Assembly: GCA_012026655.1 (NCBI GenBank)
Contig: JAAILG010000593.1
Location: forward strand, 1 to 64,000
Length of the DNA: 64,000 nucleotides
Direction of reading: 5' to 3'
Source: Hydrolagus affinis
Lineage: Eukaryota
Made by a program: the position numbers and the translations under genes. The notes under the pieces were generated by a model that worked only from the letters and a program-made list of their open reading frames with translations, had not been told where the DNA came from and ran no database searches. Shown here one piece after another: positions 1-11,099 of this stretch. How positions within the stretch are numbered: position 1 is the first letter of the stretch; every line of letters starts with the position of its first letter.

Positions 1-769
1 GGGTGGGGGGGTGGTAATCTGTGATTTTGAGCATCTCAAGTGAATGCAGAATAAGGTTTAATTATTTATTTGGGAGTATTTTTTTCTAAGGAAGAAATAC
101 TCCTCTAAATCTTTGATTAATTTAGCTTTCAAAGCAAATGTATTTGCAATGAGTTTGTAACATATCATGTGCTCACTCTGAAATTCTCTCAAAATCCCTT
201 TGCCCCACACCATCTCTGCCTTCGAACTTCTCTTAAAGTCCATTAGTTTGATCAATACGCACATGCTCCATGTTCTTCCCTACAACTTGGTGATCCATAT
301 TGTTATTAGGAACGGCTTTAAGACATTAATCCCATGTGAAAGATGCAAAATAAATTTAAATTGTCATTATGGTCACTGAGCAATTGGTGACTGACTGCAC
401 CAATGATACAGTTGAGTGGGCATTCAAATGGACAGAGGTGTAAGAGCATAGGCATGTCTGACAATACAGAGCTTTCAAGCCTAACTTAATATGTGACCCT
501 GGCTACAGGGTCATTAATTGTAACCATTGCTCTTCATTCCGTTATTGAAATTGCAGGGCGCTTTCTGCACATTGAGATTGAACATCTAAGTTTGATTTAT
601 TGCATGGTCAGAAATAGACTGTGTGAGGAATTAGATTTCAGGCTTGCCACATAACGAACTTTTCATTTAAAGAGATTCATGGCGGACATTGGTAAGAACT
701 GATATGGTATGTTTTGCCAGTCACACAGCGACTATATGCAGAGTGCACCTCCCTCCACCCATTTTTCCT

Positions 770-945
770 TTATGCAATATGGAATAGGTTGCCATGAAAA
801 GTGGTAGAGGTCAGCACACGATCTAAAAAGCAGCTTGATGCAATGATTGGGAGTGGGAGGGGGGTGAAACGGTAGGGTGGGTGTTCTGGAGAAATAAAAT
901 CACATGGGCTGTCCTTCTTCATCCAGACAAATTTGTGTGATTATA
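770..945 (+). mobile_element. Decayed CR1 LINE 3' end remnant
   Basis: tggaataggttgcca...gtggtagagg...aaaaagcagcttgatg reads as WNRLP...VVE...KKQLD, the CR1 ORF2 C-terminal motif, followed by a 3'UTR-like tail similar to the copy at 22705-22872. Confidence 0.5.
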
Positions 946-1053
946 GGTGGTTAACTATAAACAAATTTACTTGTAACAAGGTTACCCCATGGACCATATT
1001 CACTGTGCAAAGCATTAAGGCAGTCTACTTGGTTACGACCTTTTTTGTGAGTA

Positions 1054-1136
1054 CAGGTAGACCCCACTTAAAGAAGGGGTTAGAGACTTTAAAACCCTTC
1101 GTTAAGTGAAAACTTCATTAAGCGAGAGTTTAACTG
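1054..1136. mobile_element. Very short Tigger/Tc1-mariner-like non-autonomous element
   Basis: TA|CAGGTAGACCCCACTTAA ... TTAAGCGAGAGTTTAACTG|TA: imperfect TIRs flanked by TA. The left end matches the 57688 element (CAGGTAGACCCC). Confidence 0.55.
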
Positions 1137-1149
1137 TATTACTGTATTT

Positions 1150-1448
1150 GGCCGTAGCCAAAACGCCGCCCTGACCCGAGCCTCCCGCTAAAATCAGTTT
1201 AGTTTCTAGCGGTTCCTAGCGCTAACATTTTCGGTGTATCGGTTGAGCAGCCAAAATCCGGAGTTCCGGAATATGGAATGTGACAAAAATTGCGAGAATA
1301 AAATCGCCAATCCTACCTGCTCCAGGCCAGGTCTTCACAGTCACCGCACTGAAATATCACAACCTGGGCCCAGGCATTTCCGGACACGTGACGCGCTTCT
1401 GTCATTCCGAAGTCCGGAAATACCCGAACCTGGGCTCGGCTACAGGCC
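1150..1448. mobile_element. CpG-rich, internally palindromic putative MITE (unclassified)
   Basis: About 20 CpGs in ~300 bp against a CpG-poor background. Ends GGCCGTAGCC and GGCTACAGGCC are near-inverted, with internal inverted segments (atttccggac / gtccggaaat). Confidence 0.4.
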
Positions 1449-1578
1449 TGAATTCAGGATGCTCAACCTGTACTAGCGAAGGCCTAAGGTATATATAACT
1501 GCTATTGAAGGCTACACAAATTTAAATACAACAATAAAATATTAAAATGTTAGTAAATACAACAATATCAATAAAATA

Positions 1579-1616
1579 TAGACAGACCTCGACTTACTAT
1601 TATTGAAGCCACAAAG
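1579..1616 (-). mobile_element. Right-terminal fragment of the same Tigger-like family as 57688-58212
   Basis: Reverse complement gtggcttcaataatagtaagtcgaggtct matches 57946-57975 joined directly to 58205 onward. Confidence 0.6.
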
Positions 1617-1714
1617 TGATAACTACACTTTTCAGTCTATTCTGTGAAGTGTTTTGAGATGTCCTCTCTACATGTAAGGTGGTATATCAAATCTAAAGAT
1701 TTTTATTATATTAG
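1610..1714 (+). mobile_element. Deu-SINE 3' remnant
   Basis: attctgtgaagtgttttgagatgtcc...tatatcaaat...ttattatatta matches the 3' end of the full-length SINE copies. Confidence 0.65.
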
Positions 1715-1770
1715 TGATGGGATGTTTGTACTGTCTGGAAGGGTAAACAAATTAATACTGTCTTTCTATA

Positions 1771-2135
1771 CAGGAATGGCACAAGGGTATTTGGGGCCCT
1801 AGGCGAGCCTTCAGATGTGCGCCCACTATTAACTTTTGATAAGCTAATGTTAATACTAAAAATTCATATCATTAATTATCAATGAAAGTAATGGTAATAC
1901 TGTAGTTATACATTCATTTATTTATGAAACATACTTCTGTTTTATTTAAGTATTAAGCATTCGCCGGTCAACTTACTGCTAACTCCCATGCCTCCACCAC
2001 TATATACAAGCAGATGACAGCAGTAATTTTTGCCGCGTGCGACAAACCATACGTACACTGTAACCAGGGCTGGCGACCCCAAATTTTTGCGCCCTAGGCG
2101 ACTGCCTACTTTGCCTAAAGTTAATGCCAGCCCTG
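1771..2135. mobile_element. hAT-family (Tip100-like) non-autonomous DNA transposon, 365 bp
   Basis: Perfect 8-bp target site duplication TTTCTATA at 1763-1770 and 2136-2143. TIRs CAGGAATGGCA / TGCCAGCCCTG, with subterminal gccctaggcga repeats near both ends. Confidence 0.85.
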
Positions 2136-2730
2136 TTTCTATATAATCAACACAAATTTCTGCCCTCTGATATATTGATTCCTTTGCTGTAGTCTTCGTT
2201 GTAGTTTCTCCGCTTACAGAATGTAGAGCAAGAATTCACTAAATATGAGTGAGTTATCAATTTTTATCAATTGTGTACTAGAAAGTCATTTTGGTTCTTA
2301 TCAAATATGTTCAGTATATTTTGTGATGAATTCAACACAGTACATTTCTCACATGTAAATTTAAACATGAGAATGATGAAATACCCCTTCTGATAAAATC
2401 ATTAATTCTAGTGAGTTTTATTGGAATGGAAACTTGAAATGTATGTGCATGAAAAGTACATTACATACATCATACAAATTAATATTAAATTGTGCATGAA
2501 CTTCTCTACAGTACACTGTATAGATGTTATGTCATTCCAATTGCTATATCACATATCTGAAATGCCAATTAAATGAAGATAAGTCTTCCAAGATGGCAAC
2601 TGCAGCATTGATATACTTATGTACTTCATTTCTAAGCAACTTAAGTCCTGTATCATTTACTCTGTGCTTTCACAAATTTTATTTTAAAATCATTATACTT
2701 TGGTCTCTACTTGCAAGATCTTTACATATA

Positions 2731-3132
2731 CAGGGAGACCCTGCTTAATGTCGTAGTTTGGTTCTTGAAAATTGCTACTTTAAGCGAAATTATGTTAAGC
2801 AAATACATTTTTCCCATAAGAATGAATGTAAAAACTGGAGTTAGGTTCTTTTGGACATTTTTCGTCAAAAGTTTCTAAAAACAAAACATTATACTCGCTC
2901 CCTGACTGCCTGCTTGGCTCATTCACTCATTGCTGGCCTGGCTGGTCTCACTCACTGCCGGTCTCATTCGTTGCTGGCCTGGCTGGTCTCACTCACTGCC
3001 GGTTTCATTCGCTGCTGGCCTGGCTGGTCTCACTCACTGCCGGTCTCACTCGTGGCCGGCCTGGATAGTCTCACTCACTGCTGGTCTCACTTGCTGCCGG
3101 CCTGGCTCTCTCTCTCGCAGGCAGCCTACCTG
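2731..3132. mobile_element. Tigger-like non-autonomous element containing a minisatellite
   Basis: TA|CAGGGAGACCCTGCTTAA left end with Tigger-like internal motifs (ttaagcgaaa, ttcccataagaatgaatgtaaa). Probable degenerate right end cctacctg at 3125-3132. Confidence 0.55.
2915..3107. repeat. 41-bp minisatellite, about 4.5 copies
   Basis: Unit gctggcctggctggtctcactcactgccggtctcattcgtt recurs at 2932, 2973, 3014, 3055 and 3096 (period 41). Confidence 0.9.
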
Positions 3133-3703
3133 TTATCGTAATCAAGTGAAAGTAATAATTGAGACTGGAATTGGAATGCCTGACTTCTTCCACTACTGTA
3201 TTTGATATAGCAAAGGCTCCCTGCACTGTTTGGATATAGAAACAACATTGATTTTGCCTTTACCATGACACTTACAGTAGAAAATTGTTCCCATCAACAC
3301 AAATGAGCAAATTAATATTGTGTAACTAGCAAAGTAAAAGTAATTTAGCTTAGCTGTTGTCACAATCCTCTCTCAGCATGTAAATGCATGCCTATCTGAA
3401 ATATCTGTTTATTGTATCATTACAGTACGGCAATTACTAATTTTGCACATAGTGATTTATAAAGTTTGCACTGGTTCACTATGTGTATTATATAATATAT
3501 ACTGGATTATTTATATGTACCTCACAAAATAAGGTTTGATTTTCTTCAACTCGTGCATTGTACACTTCAAAAATGTACAATCATGTACAATAGTTTACTC
3601 CCACTTATTTATGTACTTCAGAGGTAATCTTAATAAGAGAAAAATACAATAATTGCATTTAAATCCATTTTTATTACATAAATACTTAAGTATGCACCAG
3701 GCA

Positions 3704-3870
3704 CAATAATAATAATAATCCTTGCACTTGATATAGCACTTTTTACATCTTCTAGATATCTCAAACTTCTTCACAGAATATACTGTAAAGTGAATTGAAC
3801 TTATATTTTGTGGGCAAAACGCAGCAGCAAATTGCGCACAGCTGTGTCCAACAAACAGTTGTTGTCGAAT
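3704..3870 (-). mobile_element. tRNA/Deu-SINE 3' half
   Basis: (aat)n tail, ccttgcacttgatatagc, cacagaatatactgtaaagtgaatt and Deu core gcagcaaattgcgcacagc. Confidence 0.85.
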
Positions 3871-4334
3871 AATTTTATGAAATTAACATTCAATCTTAAT
3901 AGAATAGTGGAACAAAGGATAGAATATAGAATATTAGATTGTCAGATTTCTATTTTATACTATAAATTACCGGAGTCCCAGAAAACTGAAAGTAAAACAA
4001 TCTATGCAATTCAATGATCTAACTGCAAAACTTGCTGCTAAATTAATGATCAATTAAAATATCTGTGCTCATCCCAGGACTGCTAGACATCAGTGTCTAA
4101 CTACCTTTTTTTAAATCAGAATAAAATTTGATTAAATATTCTGCTTTGCATGCTGTTAGTTGTGTGGGTGGCACTTGAAGGAAGCAGTTGCTATTGGAAA
4201 CAGTTCTTGACTATTTCATGGGCTTGCATTCTTTCAAGTGCATTGAGCTGTACGGGCCTGGAGTTTGAGTGTATGTGTGTGTGTGTATATATTCTTTCTG
4301 AATACCTACTCAAACATTCTCCCATTTCAACACT

Positions 4335-4866
4335 GTCTGTTTGTTTCATACAAAACTCTGCTGCTTGGGTCCTCTCCTGCACCAGGCTCCATGACCCCAT
4401 CATTTCCACTCTCACCTGGCTCCACTGGCTCCCCATCTGTTAGAGGACAGAATTAAAAATCCTGATCCTCACTTTCAAGGCCATCCTATCAATCTGTCCG
4501 CTCCATCCATTCATTAGGCTCCGGCCTTCTCCATGTCTACCATCGGTGGCCGGGGTGTCAGCCTCTCTGCCCCCACACTTTGGAACTCTATCCCATAGTC
4601 TCTTTGCCTTCAAGCGCTCTGAGACGCTGTCCAGCGTGGAGGGCGCTATATAAATTGAAGTTGTTGTTGTTGTTGCCTTGCTCCCTCCCTTGCCTCCTTC
4701 ACGACCAGTCTCAAGACCCCACCTTTCTGCTGTTCATCTATCTTTCCGCCATCCCTCAATATTGCACCACATACCCCATTCTCAGGCCCTGACACCTGAC
4801 TGTTCAGCGCCTTGGGATGTCCTCCTGATGTGAAAGGGGCGCTACAAATGTAATTTTGTTGTTGTT
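4335..4866 (+). mobile_element. L2 LINE 3' end (ORF2 C-terminus plus 3'UTR) with a nested short tail insertion
   Basis: Translates as QNSAAWVL...LHWLPI, then KILILTFKA, typical of L2. Ends gggcgctacaaatgtaattttgttgttgtt. Confidence 0.85.
4611..4672 (+). mobile_element. 62-bp 5'-truncated L2-tail insertion
   Basis: aagcgctctgagacg...gggcgctatataaattgaag(ttg)n flanked by duplicated ttgcctt at 4604-4610 and 4673-4679. Confidence 0.75.
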
Positions 4867-4872
4867 TGTATG

Positions 4873-5180
4873 TAATAATAATAATCCTTGCATTTGATAT
4901 AGACTGCTCATGTCTTCTAAAATTCTCAAAAGCGCTTCACAGAATATACTGTAAAGTGAATTGACTGTATATATGTGTCAAAACATGGCTGCCAATTGCG
5001 CACAGCACTGTCCCACAAACAGTTGTGGATTGAAATGACCAATTTTTTTTTTTTGGGAGGAATTATTATCAGACATGTGGAGTAAGGAAACTTGCCCACG
5101 TTTTTGCCTTCCCGGGAATTTGAACCCAGCTCTCTCGCTTTAAGGCGAGTGCTCTAACCACGGAGCTACAGGACTCCACA
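4873..5180 (-). mobile_element. Near full-length tRNA-headed Deu-domain SINE (resembles Callorhinchus SINE2-1-type elements)
   Basis: Minus strand begins tgtggagtcctgtagctccgtggttagagcactcgcc (A box) and gggttcaaattccc (B box), then the Deu core and a (tat)n tail. Colinear with the copies at 39268 and 62847. Confidence 0.9.
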
Positions 5181-5434
5181 TCTGTAAGTACAGTATTATT
5201 CTCCATTTACTTTCTCAATCTCATTTTAAATTTTATATATTTCTAAATGGTTTCCTCAGAGATATTTCTTCAAGACTCAAACACCCAAGCTTGTCTAATC
5301 GTTGCTCATAGCTCATTTCTCAAAAACTGGAGATCATCCTTGTTGCTCTGCACTGTGTCATGGCAACCAGAACTGTATGCTGTTCTCCTAGTGTGGTGTG
5401 ACCAATTTGGCAATCTAGACTGTTTGGAGAGTAA

Positions 5435-5479
5435 GGATGGAATAGAGAATGGGATGGAATAGAGAATAGGATGGAATAG
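5435..5479. repeat. 17-bp tandem repeat, about 2.6 copies
   Basis: ggatggaatagagaat(g/a) at 5435, 5452 and 5469. Confidence 0.85.
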
Positions 5480-5829
5480 TTGATTTGATTTCATCAAAGT
5501 TAGATTGCAGGCAGGTGAAAGATCATTTCTGGTGGCATATTTGGAGCTGGGAATCAGATTTGCTTTTCTATTTTTCTTTAAAATTATGATTTTATTAATC
5601 GAATACTCACAGAGGAGATGCACATATACTTTAGAGTACTAATAAATAAATCAACAAATCAATAAACAAATTGCATCAACCCATAACTGTAGACTTTATG
5701 CCTTAAGGAACTATCGAATGAAGGCCAGATGCTGTTAAGGGAAAAATGGCATGCAGTAGCATTAATATACAAGCAACCTGATGACTTATTTTTTCATTCC
5801 AAAAAATCATGGAGGCCAAGGACAAACCC

Positions 5830-6215
5830 AGACTTCTCTGCTGCATCACCAACCCGCTCAGCTGCCTCTGCTCCCTTGACCTGATCCCTATCCCTATCCT
5901 TACCTCCCAGCTCCACCCCCTTGCCGCTCTACTAACAGACATCCAAAACCTCTCTCTGTCAACTAGCACCATTCTTACCGCATTAAAAACATCCATCACC
6001 ACTCCTAACCTTTGTTAAATGAAACCCTTCCTGGACCCATCCCTGCTCTCAAGCTACCACCCCATCTCCGATCTCCCTGTCCTTTCCAAGGTCCTGAAAC
6101 AAGCCACCACTTCCCAGCTTCGCTCCTTCCTCACCCGCCACTCCCTTCAAAAGCCCCTCCAATCAGGTTTCCGTGCCGCCCACATCATCTTTGGTCAAAG
6201 TAACAGATGACATTT
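5830..6215 (+). mobile_element. L2 LINE ORF2 reverse-transcriptase fragment (frameshifted)
   Basis: ORF track gives CSLDLIP...NLSLS and LDPSLLSSYHPISDLPVLSKVL...LQSGFRAAH, matching the L2 YRPISNLPFLSKVLE...QSGFR motif. Confidence 0.85.
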
Positions 6216-6219
6216 TATC

Positions 6220-6395
6220 CGGGTCGCATCATCCTGTTCAAGTGGAGGTTAAAGATGCCTTTATACTGTTCAAAAATATAGTTTCTCCCGATGTCCTGAC
6301 TAATAATCCTCCAGTTTAAATTGGTCTCTCAGCTTCTTGCAGTTTGTGGGTCAATGGCTGTCTCATTTGCTACAAGTACATTGTTACTGTATATA
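6220..6395 (+). mobile_element. Old Deu-SINE (SacSINE1/AmnSINE1-like) remnant
   Basis: cctgttcaagtggaggttaaagatgcc...tttctcccgatgtcctgactaata...gtttgtggg resembles the Deu domain. Confidence 0.6.
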
Positions 6396-8327
6396 ACAAT
6401 AACTATTGTAGAGAGTTCGAGACAAATCGATGTAATAATGCTGTAATAAATGCAGGAATCATTAATACAACTGTTTTTAAAAACTGGAAACTGTTTTTCC
6501 AGTACAATTATCTGCATTTCAGTTGGATATATTTATGCATTTTTATTATGCAAATTATTTACGTTTTAGTGTTGCTGTCACAGAGAATCTACCCATCCAA
6601 ATAAATAAATCAATACATCTGGGACCACTGTGTTCATACAAAGCTAATTGTTTTCTCAAGCAGATAAATCATTTTTGTTTAGTCAGTGCTGCACAATGGA
6701 ACTTTGTAGTCTATAAAATTGAATCAATGATTTGAAATGTATTGGCAAATTAAAATATTTCAAGACCGTTAACCCGAATTTGAATTACATGGAAGTGTTT
6801 CACAGTATTTATATTGTCCAATGTTTGGTATTGGTTACTGGTATGTTGTTACCTTTTGAAATGATATAATAACCAATTGCCTGCTGCGCTCTATTTGAAT
6901 TGTCTGTGTTAAAATTCAAAATACCGTATATGTGTAAGAAAATTAAGAAGGTCTGGGTTTCACTGCTCTTTCAAGAGAGTGCACTACTACAAAAGAGGGC
7001 AGAAGTGTGTAGAAACTTGCATCGAAGCTTGTTTAGAAGTTTGAGACAAAATTATTAGTCCATTATCCTTTCAACTTTGTCCACTTATTAGCAATGTGTT
7101 CAGACCAAAGCAAACAACTCTGTAAATTGTGCAGAGCAAGTTGGTTTTGCTATTAGAGATTCCCATTGTTCATTGTGTAGATGGCATTCTTCTCAATTCC
7201 TGGCACGAGTGATTGAGACTAGAAATTAATTATTTTCCCTGCTCCAAATCACTACGCTGCTGGTAGGGATGTGATATTACTGTGAAGTGAAGTCACATTG
7301 TTTTCAATGGATAAATCAAGCATTAGTTCCACACATCTAGCTTATCCCTCTACCTGGTTTTATATGTGCACGTATATTCTTGGTCTGATGATCAACTGGG
7401 TCACCTAAGCTATCACATCGTGCACAACTTCAGGGAGCCCTTTATTGCCATCCCAGAGAAACCATAGGACTCAGGATTTCTTTTTTAAAATATATTTTTT
7501 GGTTATGATGCACTGGGAAACTTATCTGGAAATTAATACTGTTTTAATGCTGCTTTTTGTGTAGTATTTCTTGAGTAAACAATCTATGAAGTCTTTGTCA
7601 AGTAACCACTTTGTACTTTGTTTGCATTGTCATCTCTAAACATAATCCAGCACTTCAATTCAAATGCAGTATCTCGGTTTCACTGGTGTTAGCTTTGCAA
7701 TGCAAGATCTCCGTGGGCTGCCTCCAGTGAGAAAGCTGACCTTGGATTGCAACCCCATAGCTGGTTTACACTGTGCTGCCTCCAAATTACAAATTAATTT
7801 CAGCATGAAACCTTCCCCTGAGGTGATGTTCCTTCGCATCGAGACGATTTCAGAATTCAGAATTTTCAGTGTAAAAAAAGAAAGTCTAAATTTAGCACAT
7901 AGTGAGTTCATTCTGGCATCAAGAGCACATGTGAACTGGATACTAGCACAGCAAGAAAAGCACTACGTGAACAGAATACTAGAAGAGGAGGTTGTTGACA
8001 TTATGATATGTAATGTTGATGTATATAAGAAAGTACAGATAGATGTAATTTAGTCCATCAAATCATGTATTCTAAACATTTATGGATAATTTGTATTGTC
8101 TAGTGACTCGGCCCATCTAATTTCATCTCCTGCAGGAGGTGACCAACCATGCGGAAACCATCTGAGAAGATAAAATTGTCCTTTGTTGTTGACACCTGAA
8201 GATAATTGGAGTAACAAATGTAGGATAACTGGTCATGAATATGCAGTCAGAATATTATTCAGCATAAACTCAGGGCATACTTGGCATCGCATTCTCATGA
8301 TCTCAGAATAATTGATTCATATAACGC

Positions 8328-8470
8328 TATTAATAATCATCCCTGCATTTGATATAGCGCTTTTCACGTCTTCTAGAATCTCAAAGTGCTTCACAGAATA
8401 TATTATAAAGTGAATTGACTGTATATTTGTGGGTGAAACGCGGCAGTGAATTGCGCACAAGAGTATCCCA
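8328..8470 (-). mobile_element. tRNA/Deu-SINE 3' half
   Basis: gcatttgatatagcgcttttcacgtcttctaga...gaaacgcggcag...ttgcgcaca. Confidence 0.85.
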
Positions 8471-8779
8471 ATGTCCGTTAGAATATTTTTCTTTTTCTCT
8501 AGGACTTTGCATTTGGAAGAAATTCAGTTATTTCAAAATCAAGTTTTCTAAAAATAATTTGAAGCTTTTCCTGTGCTAAAGGGAATGGAAAGTAATAAGC
8601 TGTGGGGTTAGTATTTTTTTTTTAAGTGCTTTATATTTTTTTCATAGCCTCACCTGCAGATGATAATAATTGGACAGATATATATGAAGGCAAATGTTGC
8701 ATTATAAAAACAATCACATTTGCAAAGCTAACAAACATCTGCAGAGGGTTTAACCTTGGGCCAGAAACACAGTATTTAT

Positions 8780-8850
8780 AAACAACAACAACAAGATTAC
8801 ATTTATAGAGCGCCTTTCATGTCTGGAGGACGTCCCAAGGCGCTGGGACG
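8780..8850 (-). mobile_element. L2-type 3' tail
   Basis: (aac)n-ttacatttatagagcgcctttcatgtc...cccaaggcgctg. Confidence 0.75.
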
Positions 8851-9007
8851 CTGAACCATAAAGCTCATTAAGAGCAATTAGTAAGACTGTTTGAATGTTT
8901 GGTAACTAATCAAACCATTTTTCTGTAGCATTCCTTTTAATATGTGCTGTGTAGGTTTTAAAGTGCAGTATTTAAAGTGGAAAAATGTGATGTAAATCTG
9001 TTCCACC

Positions 9008-9435
9008 GAGCTGGCTCAGATGGCAACATTTGTCTAAGAGGCAAGAAAATTGTGGGTTCCAGCCCTACAAAGGGTCGTTGAACTCACAGTTCAAGCTGAC
9101 GTAGCACTGAATCGTTGGAGTCCTCATCCCCAGACGACAACAAAATTACATTTGTATAGTGCCTTTCATGGGTGTCAGGAGAACGTCCAAAGGCACTGAT
9201 GAATTGTTTAACTTGGGTTCCGAGGTTCCATCTGCCTGTTCAGGTTCCGAGGTTCCATCTGCCTGTTCAGGTAAACGTCAGGTAAAGATCGTGTAGCACC
9301 ATTTGAAAAGAGAAGGAATTTTCTCCCAACAATTACCCAGTAAGAAATGATTTGTCATCATAAAAGTTGGCTCTTCAGCGGATATTGCTGGGTGCAAGTT
9401 GACCACCATGTTTCATGCAATACACTGCAACTGCT
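9008..9435 (+). mobile_element. Old SacSINE1-like Deu-SINE interrupted by an antisense L2 tail (~9137-9198)
   Basis: tggctcagatggcaaca...tgtgggttccagccc head, then catctgcctgttcaggtaaacg...aaagatc...tttgaaaagagaagg of the Deu domain. Confidence 0.65.
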
Positions 9436-9449
9436 CTTTGCAGTCAGTC

Positions 9450-9598
9450 AATAATAATAATACTCTTTGCATTTGGTATAGTGCTTTTCACGTCTTCTAG
9501 ACGTCTCAAAGCGCTTCACAGAGTATACTGTAAAGTGAATTGACTGAATATTTGTGGGTGAAACGCAGCAGCCAATTGCGCACAGCAGTGTCCCACAG
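9450..9598 (-). mobile_element. tRNA/Deu-SINE 3' half
   Basis: Close match to the full-length copies, including gcagccaattgcgcacagcagtgtcccaca. Confidence 0.9.
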
Positions 9599-11099
9599 GC
9601 TTCCTTTTATCAATGCATCTGACTGTCGTAGTTGCTTTCAATCTAACCTCTCCCTGTCTAGCAATTACAAGAACGAGTCATAGCAAAGCATACATAAAAG
9701 ATGGAGAAAAAATGCAGGAAAAAAATATAAATCTTTCTCTGTGAAATGTACTTCTTCCAACACTAACTACAGTATATTTATATATCCTTTTAAAACATTT
9801 TTTCACAAAATATTACTATTGCCAATGGATAAAGATCTCTACTTTATTCAAATGCGAAATACCCACTGGTCCTTTACTTGCATATCATGTGCTTGCTAAC
9901 CTGACATTCCTAATTAGGTTATTGATGCAAAATAAAACATTTATTGGCTGTCAAGACTGCACAATGTAACAATAAATATACACAATGTACAAAATGGCAC
10001 TTTCAAAGAGCAGACTATTCAAAGATTCCTCTGCCCAACATAACATATCAAGGCAGAATAGATTAGAAACTTGGTCGCTTAGATTTCTCTGGAGGCAAAG
10101 TTGTTGCACTGCTGAATGGAGATGCATGTTGCATTGCTGTCTGAAGCTGGGATGAGATCTTTGTTTAAGTGGCTCTTTCATGTAAAAGACTATTAAATAG
10201 GACAATGCCAAGAGGTGTATCAGTCGTGTGGCTGAAGACAACTTTTCAAATAGCACACATCCAGCTGCTAAGTACAAAGCTATCAGTTGTAATTCCTTAA
10301 TTTCTTACATCCCACAGTCTGTGAGAGGATCCATTCCTATGTCTTTTGCTGAAATGCTTTACAAAAGCTGGTACAATCCTTACAAATGAAAAATTACCAC
10401 TGGGATGTTTTAATAGTCCAAGTTATTATAATTGAAGATTTTCAAAACATCTAAAGGATGTCGCTAAGTAAGAAATTTCTATTTAGGGGAGATTGATCTT
10501 GCCACACTGTGGTAGAAGTAGTTGCATATCATGACATATTCTTATGTGAACAGTTTATATAGTTTAATTTAAGCTCTTTGATCTATTCTTCATGGTTGAT
10601 TATGGAAAAATTTTGAGAATATTGTATTTTGAGAAATACAATATATTTAAGACAAAGAAACGTATCATTCCTATCTACATGTTTCCACAGATTAAATTTA
10701 AGTACAAAGTAATCTCCCCCTTCCCTGGTGGCTCACTAAATTTACCCAGTGACCAGCTGAGCCATAATCTCTGCCCAATGCTAAAATCACAGTCATTTGG
10801 GGGATTTATTAGAGTTTGGAAATCCATTGCAAACAGCTATTGGAAAAAAAGACTAATCATTTGTGATTAGTACATGGTGTTTCCCTCTATTCAGGTTCCA
10901 ATTCAATAATAGGCCCTTAGTCATGGCAGGTGAACTCTGGAACAGTAGTTAAAGTTGTTAAACAGAACCCCATGAGAAAGAAAAAATAATTGAATGCCTT
11001 CAGAAGAGGATAAATTAGTGGATGGAAACAAGTTTGTGTCTGCTTGTCACGAAAGCTACTGATCTTGTTGGTGTGATCTTAAAATTGGGATTTTTCCAT

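Noticed and set aside
2915-3107. CRISPR-like array, or coding repeat ORFs 2851-3141 and 2930-3205
   Set aside because: Units are contiguous with no unique spacers and there are no cas genes. The ORFs are by-products of a stop-poor minisatellite.
7664-8053. 129-aa ORF
   Set aside because: No recognisable domain or convincing splice signals; a length attainable by chance in 64 kb.
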